Positions 29,171 through 42,925 of a stretch of DNA of 64,000 nt are shown one piece after another. The notes beneath the pieces were generated by a model that searched no databases, was not told the origin of the DNA, and saw only the letters and a program-made list of their open reading frames with translations. The position numbers and the translations under genes are program-made. Position 1 is the first letter of the stretch. The number at the start of each line of letters is the position of its first letter. Location of the stretch: the NCBI RefSeq assembly GCF_009914755.1, contig NC_060928.1; one strand, 5' to 3'. Origin of the DNA: the human T2T-CHM13v2.0 reference genome, Homo sapiens.

Positions 29171-29494
29171 ACTGAAACAGGCTGCCTCTTTCTTCACAAG
29201 AAAATACTTCAGTACCTCAATAAATGACATATAGTAAGCCTGATTTACCAGTTCACTATACATTCCAGGTTAGTCTGAAACTGCAGCCCACAACATAGAC
29301 ACCGTGCACATGAATAGGCTTCAGTCATAAGAAATTGACTACATATGTTCATCAGTCCTTTTTCATTTTATTTCAAAGCTGAGATAACTGTGCAAATGCA
29401 TATGCATTATCTTTCCTTCTGTTTCTAAACATTCATGTTCTTAAAATAGCTTTGCACTTGTAATCATATTATTTTGTTTTTTGTACAATGTTAG

Positions 29495-29735
29495 GCAAGT
29501 AGCAAGAAAACCATTTAAGAGCCTGTGTTTTGCTGCCAGACTGCATTGGTATGAATCCAGATTGTCACATAATATGTGACCTTAGGCAAGTTACATACTC
29601 TGTTGCTCAGTTTTCTCATATGAAAAATAGAGATTATAATACAACTTACTTTATAGGGTTGAAATGAGAACTAAATTAGCAAAGAATGTAAAGCATGTAC
29701 ACAGTGTTTAGCATGTGGTAAGCATTATGTCAGTG
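29495..29735 (+). mobile_element. MIR
   Basis: atgtgaccttaggcaagttac…ctcagttttctcatatgaaaaatagagattataata. Confidence 0.85.
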
Positions 29736-31509
29736 TATAGGTTATATACAATTTGCAAAGTATGCTACCATTCATATATACTTCAGTTTGGTCTTTTCTC
29801 ATTATTGGACAATTATTGATATATTTTTATAAATCTAGAGGTGCCCAGAGTTTGATTCTTAAGCCTCATTAGCATTCTCAAAGAAAAATTACATATTAAA
29901 CCCATTTACCCATACATTGTTGAGAAGTAGCAAGTTAGAAAGTAAAAAATTAAAAACTTCAACATAGCACAAATTTATTGAATTCAGTTACAGCCCTGGC
30001 TCTGTGGAATTCCTGCAAGCCTTTAGTCTTCCTTCTAATTACATGGGAAACACATCCATTAAATTACAAGGGTAAAATACCAATGATAATTTGGAAATTT
30101 GTATAGATTTCTTAACTTTTTGGCAAATACACACATAAATTAAGAATCAAGGAAATTTCAGTATCCTAAACAAACATATCATGGGTCATATTTCTATACA
30201 TTTTAGCCACTTATTGTATAATAGTTTGACTTTTGAAATGACAGACAAAATAATTTATATGTGTATATTATTTTACCTAGCATATGTAGGTATAGAGAAT
30301 GCTTAGTTTCTTATGGGGATCTTATTATTGAATGGTATTTTGAAACTCTGATAGAGTAATAGGATTTGAAGACATGTGATTACAAATGTGCTCACAAATT
30401 GAGGTCAAATGTAAGATGATTAGTCAAGTTATATCTAATGTTGTTATAATCCTGTGCTATTTAGAAATGTCAACTGAGTAGTGACTTAGAAAAAAACTGA
30501 CACTCCATTTTCTTATCTTTCTTTTAAATGTCATACTGAAGAGCAAAATACATGTGGGCCAGAGGGTATTTTGAGTTGTTTTTGAACTAAGGTTTTTATA
30601 TATTGAAGTCAATATATACTTTGGTCTCATTTATATGATAACATAACACCTTATTTCAATGAAACATAGAATATTAACACATTGAAACATAGCATAAAAA
30701 GGGAAAGCTCTAGAGAGGGGGCAGTGAAAGAGGAAGTTTAACCCTTCAGTGCTTCTTCATGGGTCATTGAAGCTGTGATGTCAGTTTTCCAATGTACACT
30801 CAACTGGGATAGACTGCTAGAAAAAATTATCCTTTCATAAGTCCTCTATTACTTGTTTTTTTTTGTTTTGTTTTCATGTTATTCCACACTTTCAGATTCA
30901 GAATTCAGATTCAGATCAGATTCAGGCTTTGTTAGCTCCTGACATGCCTTTACCAAATTTCTACTGGACAATGGAACTTCCTCATATTCGTGTATATTTA
31001 TTGAAGTCGTAATATATGACAGTCTGGCAGGTTCTGAGAAAGTATGTACTATAGTAATGTTTACTGATCACCTAGAAAAATATACAAGTAACTTCACAGT
31101 CTCAGTCAATATGATGAATTCTTGTCAGAAATATCTACAAGATTGATTGAAGCTTGTGGAGAGGTACCCAATTCAGAGGGGCACACTTAGAAAAGGAATT
31201 TGTAGGAAGAAGAGACAATCAATCTGAAGTTTGAAGTATTCACTAGAGTTAGTTGAGTGACAAAAGAGTGTAGTAGTGACAAATACACGTATTGGAAGAA
31301 GTGAATCTCAGTTTCATCAATAACAGGTTGTGTGACCTCAGTAGGGACATCATGCAGAGTTGTTCAGGGTGATCTTCATACCAATGTTTTGGGCCAAAAT
31401 TGCTAATCAACATGAAAGCCAGCCAGAGGTCTGCTTGCCCACCCACAGACCACACTAATTTCTATGCCTGCTTAGGGCAGACATATTTTTCTAATCCACA
31501 GGTACAATG

Positions 31510-31675
31510 CAGCTCTAGACCTTAAATTAGTTACTTAACATCACTAGCCTTCAGATGCTTAAAGTGGAGATTATAATAGTAGCTACTTCATAGTGTTGTG
31601 AGAATTACATGAAACAATTCTCATAATTTGTTTTAATGTGCTTAAATAAGCTCAGGAAATTTTTTGTCATCATGA
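31510..31675 (+). mobile_element. MIR fragment
   Basis: gaccttaaattagttacttaac…ggagattataatagtagctacttcatagtgttgtgagaattacatga. Confidence 0.7.
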
Positions 31676-33289
31676 GAAAAGATGAAGTCGGGGAGATAAA
31701 CATGGATAAGAATGATTACCAACACCAATATTTTTCCAAGTGGAAGTCTCACAATATGAAATAAAACAAGATTCTGAGATATGAGATAATATCAAACAAA
31801 AACTATATCTGACATCTTGAATTTAGAATAAGTTACTTCTCACTAAATGAAACTTTTTGTTTAATTTTTATGGTTTAAAAAAATCTCTATTCACATTATA
31901 TTTCTTCTTTTCACTTTTTTTTCTTCTCCTTTTCCCTTTATATTCAGTGTATAAAGAGACCTGCCGGTCTTGTCCATAAATATTGCTTGTAGCAAGTAAA
32001 AAGCTTCAAAACCACAAAACATCTGCATGGTTACCCATTGAATTTATTTTTCATATAAACGGCTTTGACTCTGCTAATAGATAAATAAATTAACTGTCAT
32101 TTTAATTTTCAGCAAAATTTAGAGAGAATTGATGTTTCAAATATCATACACTTTGCCCCTGCTGTTTCTGTTTCTTCCTTCTGAACTACTCAGACCAGTA
32201 CCAGCGACAAGGAAATGACTCCTTTTGATTACAAAATAAATGAAAATTGAAGATCTGTCAAAATGTATCCAGTAGAATTGCACAGAGCAAAATAATTCTT
32301 CAACTCTGTGATGAAAGGATGAGCTCCCTCTGTGATCATCACTTACTAGGATTGAAGAATTCATGGTTGTGTGGTTTGAAATTAAACTGAGTTCAAAAGT
32401 CTGAAAGAATTTTTTTTTCTTTCTGGTTATCTCCTTGAAAACAAACAAACAAACAAACAAAACCTGAAAAGTCCGTACCAGTAAGATATTTGGATTACTA
32501 TGCAGCAAAATTCACTATTGAGCTATTAAGTAAATGAACGACGGTGGTTGTTAAAATTTTCTTATATCATTATATTATCCAGATATCCATAAGTTATGCT
32601 AATTTTAACCTACATATTTTGATATTTAATTCTCTGTTATTAAACTCATGTTGCTACAAATATTTGAAAAATTCCTAACTGTATAGAGATTTTGATGTAT
32701 GGCAATTATGACTAGCTTATGTAGAATATAAACTAAAAATACCAGAGAACATGGACACATAGCAAATTAAATAATAGGTTAGGAATCTTTCAGAAATTTG
32801 TTAATTTTAAGATTGAAAAACAGGTATTATTCATCAAAAACTCACAATATCATAGATGAGAAATTACATGTATCTGATTCAAATTTCTGCAATAGAAAAT
32901 ATATATCAGCATAAAACATGATAAATAATTACACTGCAAAAATTTCCATGGTAAATTATACCTTTATTTTACAACAGTGAAAACTTTTCATCAAATTAGA
33001 AATTTAAAAAAACATAGAACATAAGCCTTTAATTTTTTTATAGAATTTTTGTACTCACTCTTCATTCAGTGTTTTAGTCATGATCTTTTATGGTTATTAT
33101 CTTCATTCAAAATTGACCCCAAAATAATATGCCAATTATTTATTTACTTTTTATCTTTCAATACTTTTTTGTTCACTCCTCATTTCCATTATCATTTTGT
33201 ATAAGGATTATTGGTTAACTTTCCAATGCTTCTTTTAGGTTTCATGATATTAGGGTGGGATTGTAACTAAACAAGAAGAGGATGAACAT

Positions 33290-33945
33290 GAGTGCTGGGA
33301 CTGAGGCCAAAGATAGATGCCATGATTGTTAGGAATTTGCATCTGGCTTCTTGTGGAGAGAGTGAGAGAGATTTATTTTGTACTGGGGAGAGTCGCATTT
33401 TGTTAGGCAGAAGCATGTTGCTTGTATTTGCTACATCAACACAAATGGCTGTAGACTGGTATAGTCTGTATTGTTTGTCAATTTTCTCTCAGCTCCAAAT
33501 ACGACAAAATAGAAGGAGATTGGAATGCAGGAAGAGAAAGGGGGACAAGGTCCTACTAAATGCTTTGTTTACTATTTTTGCCCAGAAGTAGACCTTTCCT
33601 CCTAGAGCAGCAGGTAGTTCTCCACGAGCTTCTTCAGACACTCTTTGAACCAGTCTCATTATTCTTCCTTAGTGGAACCAGCTACAGATTAGTTTCTTCT
33701 TCAGGAAGAAGTTCCAGATCTGTGTTGCTCTTCTTCCCAGACTCTAGGATGTGACAAAGTAACTTCTTCCTTTTGTTCTGCAAGTCATTTTTTTTCTTTT
33801 TTTTGAGTTATTATCTCTGGATCCTGTTTTCTCTTTTTGCTTATACAGCCTTCCAACAGCTTTGTTACAAATTCTCTATATTAAATATAGGGAATTTGTT
33901 GAAATAGGTAGTGTGATTTCTTTTTGTCCAGTTGTGTGTAGCTCA
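33290..33945 (+). mobile_element. Old ERVL-type LTR (LTR33-like) with adjoining internal remnant
   Basis: 3' end aaattctctatattaaat…gttgaaataggtagtgtgatttctttttgtcc resembles LTR33-type termini; heavily diverged. Confidence 0.45.
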
Positions 33946-34247
33946 ATAGAAATATTAAAACCATATTGTCATATCATTTGCTAAAATATTAAAGTTCAAT
34001 TTATCTCATATTTTTATGGAATCTTGATATTTTGAACTTCATAGATTTTACTTTCTGTTAGTTCTGAAGATTCTTGTAGTCCCTGAAGAAAAATTCTTGC
34101 TAGAGAACTAGCTAAATACAAGGTTACTATTTTAAAATGTCAAAAGTAAACAGAAAATTTCAAATCAGATGTATTATCTTGAAAACAGTATAACTTGGAA
34201 GTGAATATTAATGTCTTGGAAAAACTTTTTTTGTTCACTAAAAATAA

Positions 34248-34578
<331 letters not shown>

Positions 34579-34981
34579 TGGGAGTCACATTTTAAGGTAT
34601 TTCATTTCTTGTAAATGTTCTTTGATACAAAAATGAAAATTAATTTTATGAATAGGGTAATTTGGAGAGCTATTAAAAAACAGAGCAAAAAGTAAAGGAG
34701 AAAGCATCCCAAGTTATTTGTCCATTAATTTATATCTTTAAAAGTAGACAAATCTAAATAGAAGTAGTACAATAATGAGGACTAAATGTTCCCAGTTGTT
34801 GTGAATCAAATCAATGTCTCCCATAATACTTCACTAATGTATAATGAGGAAACAGGCAATAAAATAACAATATGTTATAAATAACCAAAATGCATGAAGT
34901 ACTATCATAATTAAAGAATGTTTCTTGGATCTCATAAACATCAAAAAGATATTTGACACCACCTTACACATGGTTATAAAG

Positions 34982-35075
34982 CAGTGGTCCTCAATGTTTT
35001 TGGCACCAGGGATCAATTTCTGGTTGTATGAAAGACAATTTTTCCATGCTAGGGGCAGGACGATGGGGATCCCTG
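34982..35075 (+). mobile_element. 94-bp internally deleted MER1 (hAT-Charlie) mini-element
   Basis: Termini cagtggtcctcaa…/…atggggatccctg; MER1 motif tttttggcaccagggat…aagacaatttttcca; 8-bp TSD ttataaag / ttacaaag. Confidence 0.8.
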
Positions 35076-36229
35076 TTACAAAGAATACATTTTCAAAAAC
35101 CAAAAGCAACTGCACACAAAAATCTGTGGTTGATTTAATAGAAAGTATGGTTCTGTCCATGATAATGACAATGGGAAAAAGGACTTCTAGTAATGACAGC
35201 AGAGTGGCATGTTTGCATTAACTACTTTCAGATTATAACTGTAAACATTATGTAAACTTTTTTGAAATATTATTTCATTTACAGCGTACAAAAAAAAGTA
35301 AAGCAAAGCTAGGAAGGGGTTAATTTCAAAAACTACAACTGAAAGGAATAAAATAATTGTGATTTTCTTCCTTTTGAAAATTTATAGAAAATTGTAGAGT
35401 CACATTGGTCTAATAACAGTAAGTGATTAGGAGATGATGCCATGTAAAAATTTAGAAATTATTCTTATTCCTAATATTATGTGGTTTATTATGTTTTAAT
35501 TTTTCACCTACTTTGATTTATACAATTGTACATTTTATGATGCAATCCACATTAAGTATTTTTGGAAATAATTTCCTAAATATGTAAATATATAAAAAGT
35601 ATTCTGGGTACCTCAAAAGAAGTAATGAAGTGGGTCCACTCCCATCAAAAGGAAGTAGAAGTCATGTACAGCATTGTTATGCTTGTCACTAGTAGGAATA
35701 CTCGTTATATTTTATTAAAATGACAACTTTTCTGGCCTTGCAATGGTCAGGTAAATAAATCCTTATCACTACCTAACTGAAATAGCTCTGTAACTGAATT
35801 CATCACTCTTTTCTTCCCTGAGTCACTCCCATCTTACACCATCAATAATGGTTTCCTCTCCCATATAGCACAACTCCATTCTTTTAAAACTGTTATTTTA
35901 ATCACTTACTTGATTATTTGTTATCCACTCCTTCTTTCAATTACTGTATCTAATATATCATCTTTGGGTACTTCTATTTTTATGTAGATTTGTTCTTACT
36001 TATCTCAATTTAACAAAGAACTATTCATATACTTAGCGCCTTATGACTTCATTATTTCTTTCTAAAATGACTGTTTTCTTCTCCTTTCAAACTTTTAATG
36101 TCTTAGATTAGAGTCCTCTCATGGTTGTCCAGTGTGTATATACACTGATACAAAATTATTTTTAAAACAAAAGGTACGCTATTTTTAATCTTTTGATGTT
36201 TCAGTTTTATCCACTGTAAAATGACTGAC

Positions 36230-36732
36230 ACTTTCAGCTCCCTTGTAATAGTTTCCAAAATCTGACCTGACTCTAAGAAGACAACCATAACTCCTGCTTT
36301 TCCCAAGACAAATCTACTTCTTCAGCCTAACCATTCTCCTCATCTTTCTTATTCTTCACCACTCCTAACAACAACAAGAAAAAGGGATATGCTCTCTAGG
36401 TTTGAGGTGCTTGTCTTTTTCTGCTATCTATATGAAAGCAATATATTTTATCAAAGACAAATTCAGTTCCCACTTTCTCTAGCATCCTTTGTCAAACTAC
36501 ATCAGTAACATCTGTGATACTGTACCATGTTATTTTCTTTATTATATATTTGATTACTTAAATACATGTCTATATATTTTTCACCTTAATCGTCAGTGCC
36601 TTACCTCTTTACCTTGGTGGAAGCTCCTCCAAGGAATTCATGGAGGTAACCATTTCTTACATTTACATATCCCCTCAGTGATTAGTAAAATGCTTTATGT
36701 GTAGATGATGTCCAATGAATATTTGCTTGAGC
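36230..36732 (+). mobile_element. L2 3' fragment
   Basis: aagctcctccaagg…atcccctcagtg…tccaatgaatatttgcttga. Confidence 0.6.
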
Positions 36733-37474
36733 ACAGTGCTTATATATTTCCAGTTTGTTAACCAGAAACATTCGACAATAACAATTTATTTTTTCAATAA
36801 TCATTTGTTTGTGCTGATTTGCAATGGACATCCAAATGAATCTTTGGGACGACTTTTTTTTGTGTCAAAATTATCAAATGAAGAGCCACAGCAAGAGGTC
36901 TTCCAAATGTGCTTTCAGAAAAAATAAAATACCGTATGGTTTTAACAACAACAAAATCCAGTTCCAGACAATTTTGTGTGCCTAACAGATTGGAGTTTTA
37001 TCGCAAATATGTTGGTTAGTTAATGAATTCATTTGAGTGTGATTAACTTCTGGATTGCCGCAAACCTGTTTATGTATGAAATTATGGTTTGGAATGATCA
37101 CTTGTTGGCTTATGAATCAAATAACTTGGTTTGTATATAGAAAATCCAATGTGCATATGGTGTGAATACCACTTGTAAAAATATAATTCATAGGAAATGG
37201 ATAGTGTGAATTTGTGGTGACTTTGTAAATTGGCTGACAACTTGTTTTGTGACATATGCCCAGAAGGAATGCTTTATGTATCTCACAAAAGAGAGTTTTA
37301 AATTTTAGGTTTTATTCTCTTTATAGATTATAATCAAAGGGGTATGAAATTATCTCCTTTGGATTCTTCTTTCAATACTTCATCTTAATCATTGCATATA
37401 ATTATAATAAAGCCTTTTGATTTTAAGAAATTAATCTATGTTTTTACATGTAGCATTTTGTAATAGCTGCATAA

Positions 37475-37566
37475 TATGAATTTTTAAAGTTGTAATATAG
37501 ACAAATCTTCACTGCACTTATGAATTTTTAAAAGTTGTTTTAAAATAGACAAATCTTCAGTGCACT
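37475..37566. repeat. Imperfect tandem duplication (44/48 bp)
   Basis: tatgaatttttaaagttg…atagacaaatcttcactgcact repeated twice. Confidence 0.9.
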
Positions 37567-38263
37567 GATATCTGTGTAACATTGGCTAAGAGAAAGAGGA
37601 AGCCTTTGAACTACATGTTTACTAAGCCTTTTTATTTTTAAGCTACCATTTCCTTTAGTTTCATCTACCAATTACCATTTTGGTCAGTTAATTGGAAACT
37701 ATTTGTAAAGTCTTTTATTTCTGAGAAGGTAGAAGAAGAACAATCTGAAAGAATTCAGACAGAAAATACCTAGAAATGTTTGACTTGATGTTATGCTTTC
37801 AAGCTAATTATAAATCAATGATATAGCATACGAATTTTTGAATTTTCTAATGCAGGAATCATATTTTACCACAAAATTAAATGTGTTGCCTACCAATAGC
37901 TATATGCCTTAAACATAATATACACTGGTGGTTTCTTCTTTTCCATTAGTGTTGACGATAGAGTGATTCTCTCATAGTTTCATGATGCAGTATATTTTTA
38001 TAATAAAGGTGTGACAAAGAGAAATTCTTCAACCTATTTTAATATAAGAGGATAAATTGAATTTTAGTTTTGTGTTTTTACCTTCCTTAGTTAAAATCTG
38101 ACAACCAGCAAAACTCAGGAAGAGCCAGAGGTAATTAATTAAACAGTTATTGAGTGCTTATCATATGCCAAATAATTTTCTTAATTTTAGAATGTACAAT
38201 TACAATCAATGTTTACTTATATAATTTCTAAATGCAATCAATAATGTTGCCTCTTCTGACTGG

Positions 38264-38332
38264 ACATCTCCCCTGGTATGTTCCCAATAGTGTCAACTAC
38301 ATCTCCCCTGGTATGTTCCCAATAGTGTCAAC
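38264..38332. repeat. Perfect tandem duplication, period 35 bp
   Basis: acatctcccctggtatgttcccaatagtgtcaac x2. Confidence 0.95.
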
Positions 38333-38689
38333 AATTAAAGAAAAAATATATGCCACAACAAGTATAAAGCCAGGGAACTGCAAACTTGTTTTGGCAAAAG
38401 TACAATGTCTGTTATCATGGAATAATTTTTAGTATTTTAAAATAATTTAATTTTTAATATTAAAACTCATCAATACATAATTCCCATAAATTCAGAATTT
38501 TGTACTTAATTTCAAAGTTTAGATAAAGAATGAGGGCACTCAAAAATAATACCAGATATTTGACATGAAAAATAGGAAGTAGTCCGTGAATCTGAAAGAT
38601 TAATAAATGCATGTGGTTTAAATGTTTAAATGCAATTTTCAAGAAAGAGCAAATTTCACATTGGAAATTTAAAAGACTGAAACAGAACA

Positions 38690-38696
38690 ATCTATG

Positions 38697-38739
<43 letters not shown>

Positions 38740-38740
38740 A
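38690..38740. repeat. (TCTA)n STR
   Basis: Directly visible. Confidence 0.95.
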
Positions 38741-38893
38741 CTTAAATTCTGATAATGCCAACAAAGATGATAAGAATGATTTTAAAATGATGACACATTT
38801 AGCATTGCTCTTAGAGTCACAGGTTTTAGGTATCTAAAAGGCACATTCAACATAATTATGACTCCAAAAGCTTTTATAATAATAATGATTCCA

Positions 38894-39192
38894 TGCCAGG
38901 CTTACTGGCTCATTCCTGAAATTCCAGTTATTTGGGAGGCTAAGGCAGGAGGATTGCCTGAGGCCAGGAGTTTGAGCCTGGATAACATAATGAAGCCCTG
39001 TCTCTACAAAAAATATATATATTTTTTTAGATAGCCAATATCTAAAACTCTTGTAGGCCCAGCTACTCAGGAGGTTGAGATGTGAGAATTGCTTGGGTCC
39101 AGGGGTTTGAAATTGCAGTGGGCTATGATGGCACCACTGAACTCTAGCCTGGAAGACAGAATAAGAACCCATCTCTAAAAATATATAGATAT
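38894..39192 (+). mobile_element. AluJ (diverged)
   Basis: ggaggattgcctgaggccaggagtttgag…gcagtgggctatgatggcacc; TSD ataataataatgattcca / ataataataatgacccca. Confidence 0.9.
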
Positions 39193-39303
39193 ATAATAAT
39201 AATGACCCCACCTTAGGTTTATACTGAACTTTGCAGTTTGCTAAACTCTTTTATAGATAATATCACATTTTGTTCTTATAAGTCTAAAAGACTAAAAAAA
39301 TTG

Positions 39304-39307
<4 letters not shown>

Positions 39308-39350
<43 letters not shown>
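39308..39350. repeat. (CA)n
   Basis: Directly visible. Confidence 0.95.
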
Positions 39351-39352
<2 letters not shown>

Positions 39353-39426
39353 CTTACTTTAAAATTAAGAACGATAGTACATGTTCCATAGTAACTACTG
39401 ACAACTAAGCTCTTTCCATATGCTGT

Positions 39427-39782
39427 TGTGATGCTTAATTTATGTGTCAAGTTGGAGGGCATTTTGGATGAAATTAGCATTTAAATTGGTAAACTTTGAC
39501 TAAACAGACTGTCCTCCATAATGTGGCTAGGGCTCATCTAATCAGGTGAAGGTCTGAAAAGGGCAAAAATATCAGTCTCCCAAAGCAACAGGGAATTGTC
39601 CAGAAGACAGTCTTTGGACATCACCCTTGCCATCAGTTTTCCAGAGTCTCCAGCCGGCCAGTCTTTGAACTAGAACTGAAAAATGGGCTTTTCTTGGTCC
39701 TTGACCTGCCAGCCCACACTGTAGATTTTAGAATTGTCAACTTCAATTTATTTTTAAAAATATCTATCTATCTATCTATCTG

Positions 39783-39830
<48 letters not shown>

Positions 39831-39903
39831 CCTACGTATCTATCTATCTGTACATACATACACATCCTAATGGTTGTTTCTCTGGAAAACACTGACTAGT
39901 ACA
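39427..39903 (+). mobile_element. MLT2-type (ERVL) solo LTR containing (TCTA)n at 39761-39850
   Basis: tgtgatgcttaatttatgtgtcaa…ctccataatgtggctagggctcatctaatcaggtgaagg…gtttctctggaaaacactgactagtaca. Confidence 0.88.
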
Positions 39904-40449
39904 CCTGCTCTCTCATTAGTACACATTCCAAACATGATGCATATGTATTATGTGCATATGTGCATATATGTGTTTATGTATATGTTTGAATTTGTGTGTA
40001 CATGTACATATACATACATGCATACAGAACTAGAGATAGAGATAGAAATAGAGATATATCCAGGGACACTTGAATAAGCCTGCATCTAGTGGACTGAGGG
40101 ATTTGAGGCCTTTTCCATGTAACAATACTTTATCATCTATGAATATTTGAAATTGGTAAATTATTACAAGAAGAGCCTATTAGAGCCAGGCTTAAGCCAT
40201 TCCATTCCTATGATGCAATTTAATTCAGTTATAACAAGAAAATATAATACAATGTTCTTTTGTCTCTGTTTCCCCTATTTTGAGAAATTCTTTCTTGCTT
40301 GTCACCTTGTGATATCTCTGAGGGTGAATAGACAATCTGGTTCTTTAGTGATGCAAATGAGAATGAAAGAATTGTAATTAGGTGCCATCACAGTCAATCA
40401 TTGTAGGCTTAATGGAGGAAGGGAGACTATCTCAAGGAGGAGAAGTGAC

Positions 40450-40525
40450 ATATGTCCATAAAAACATGTCCCAGAATATGTCCCAGAATATGTCCCATAT
40501 GTCCCAGAATATGTCCATAAAAACA
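40450..40525. repeat. Complex short tandem array (ATGTCCCAGAAT units)
   Basis: atatgtccataaaaac flanks three atgtcccagaat units and one shortened unit. Confidence 0.9.
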
Positions 40526-40859
40526 AAAACCTTTTGTTCACCCCTTTTCAAACATGGTACCTGGAATCTAGGATTGGTAACTTAAAGTATTAAGAGAAAA
40601 GACTTAAGCATCAGAAGATTAGGAAAAAGGGTCAACAGCTATATTTATTATTCCATATTAGCTTTGGTAGAGGGAAAAAAAAATCTTCATAAAAAGTTAC
40701 TTCTGACTGATCTTCCTCAGCTTCCTAATGTCTTGGAGTTCAAATTGACAAAAGACACTGATTTATTAATATAAACCTTGACAAGTTAAAAGATATTCTT
40801 CTTAATCTTGTCCCAAATTCCCCTAAGACAATATGACTATCTGAGTTCTAAAGATAAAA

Positions 40860-41125
40860 TTTATGAGTTGGAAGGATTAAATTACTTGCCCCAGGTCATT
40901 CAGCTTCTAAATGGGCATGCACTGGTTTCCAATAGAATCTGATTCTGAATCCTTTTGACTGGAGCACACTTATCACTAAACCACCCACCCCTTGTCTCTC
41001 CCTGCTGGAATGTAAGTGCCATGGGGACAGGGAGTATTATGCGTATTGCTCACTATTAACTTTTCAGTACCCAGGATAGTGCCTGACATGAAGCAGGCAC
41101 TCAATGAATATTTGTTAAATGGTAT
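40860..41125. mobile_element. MIR (-) fragment followed by L2 3' end (+)
   Basis: aaattacttgccccaggtcattcagct; gaatgtaagtgccatggggacaggg…gtgcctgacatgaagcaggcactcaatgaatatttgttaaatg. Confidence 0.8.
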
Positions 41126-41605
41126 ATATTTGGACCAGTTTGAAGTGCCTCACTAGTATTTTTTATTGTGTGTGTATATGCATATATACATATATGAGTA
41201 AACACTAAGTTAATAGAGTTTTTCTGTGTCTTTTATTGTATAATTTATCTCATCCATATTGTTCACTAGTAAATCAAATAAGCAAGCAAACAAAAATAAT
41301 TTTTACTTTAAGCAAAATATTGTACCTTTAAAGTTCATGATTGATTCAGGATTTTAATTCTTCCTTTAATATCAGTCTTAGCCACAGGCCACTGCGAAGA
41401 TCAAACCTAAAAAAAGTCATTTACTTTTGTCAAGATTCAGTCCTTAAGTATGTAAATATTTCATATAATATTTTATTGATATTAGAATAATTGGAATAAC
41501 TTATTTATGTTCCAAATGAAGTCAATAATCTGTGATATTCACTGCTAGAAAGATAAAGATAAAATAAAGTAATTATGATAATGAAAATTTGAATACCTAC
41601 AGTAT

Positions 41606-42373
41606 TGTGTTAGATTTCTTCAGAGTTACAGAACCAACAGGATGTGTGTTGTTGTGTTGTGTGTGTGTTTGTATTATACACACATATATACATATATGTG
41701 TATATACACACATATATACATATATGTGTATATACACACATATATACATATATGTGTATATACACACATATATACACATATACATGTATAACATGTATAA
41801 TATGCAACATGTATCTGTATATAATATATGCATACATGTTATATATGTATATAGGTATTATATATTATATAAAGAGAGACAGATAATATATACATACATA
41901 TGTACAGAGAGTGTGAGAGAGATTTATTATAAAGAATGGACTCATGCAATTATGGAGGATGAGAAGCCCCATGTTCTGCAATTAGTGCACTGGAGACCCT
42001 GGAGGGCCAATAATGTATTCCCAATGTGAGTTTGAAGGCCTAAGAACCAGGAGGGTTGATGGTATCAGTTCTAGTCTGAGAACCAATGTTTTAGTTCAAG
42101 TCCAAAGACAGGAAAAATCTCTTGTTCTTGCTCAAGCAATCAGACAGAAAAAATACCCTCTTACTCATACGAGGTCAGCATTTTTGTTCCATTTTGTGCC
42201 TTATCTGATAACCTGAGGTTTACTTACATCAGAGAGGGCAATATGCTTTACTTAGTCTAACAATTAAAATATTAATTTCATGCAAAAGCACCCTCACAGA
42301 CACACTGAAATAATGTTTGACCAAATGGGCACCCATAGTCCAGACAAGTTGAATCATAAAATTCATCATCACA
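41606..42373 (-). mobile_element. MLT2-type solo LTR with an internal 28-bp TA/CA minisatellite
   Basis: tgtgttagatttcttcagag…gatttattataaagaatggactcatgcaattatggagg…caccctcacagacacactgaaataatgtttgaccaaat…aaaattcatcatcaca. Confidence 0.9.
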
Positions 42374-42925
42374 GGCATCTTTTCTTCTAATCCACTACTA
42401 GAAATGCTCTTCAATAAATGCTTTACTCACAGAAGGTCTCTTTATTCCAATACTGCAGTGTTTTATCTCTGTGAAAAAACTACATTTCAGTTTAAGAACA
42501 TTATTAAACTGTGGGTTTATGTTTAAATGTCAACCTTGAAATACATTGCATTTCAAAAGATCAATAGAGTTTTAATTTATTTTTGATAAATGTCTTTCAT
42601 TGAAAGAAAAATAAGAAACTGTCAATGATCTGTTCTCATGTAGTTATTAATGTAGTAATTTTTTAATTGTTGTAGAGACTTAAGGAAGGAACACTTTCTC
42701 AGTCAGTGTCACATTTTTGGATTAGTGTGTGTGTTTCCAAATTCTCGACAATCAATCCTGATCATTTTTTTTCTTAATGGCTAGATTGTTGAGCCATGGT
42801 TTATTTATTTACCTGAGCCACACAAAATCAGATATTCTAAACTTAAATGATGTATTACATACATTTATAAAATTGTCTTTCTAATTATTTTATTATCTGA
42901 AAAAATATAACTTTGTTTTCTCTTT

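Noticed and set aside
30890-30925. (TTCAGA)n short array, and a 12-mer repeat near 61716-61745
   Set aside because: These are ordinary short slippage repeats.
37475-40525. Short direct repeats as a CRISPR-like array
   Set aside because: Copies are adjacent with no unique spacers, there are no cas genes, and the context is mammalian.
41589-42029. 146-aa Tyr/Ile/His-rich ORF and its antisense partners
   Set aside because: They are translations of the TA/CA minisatellite in an MLT2 LTR.
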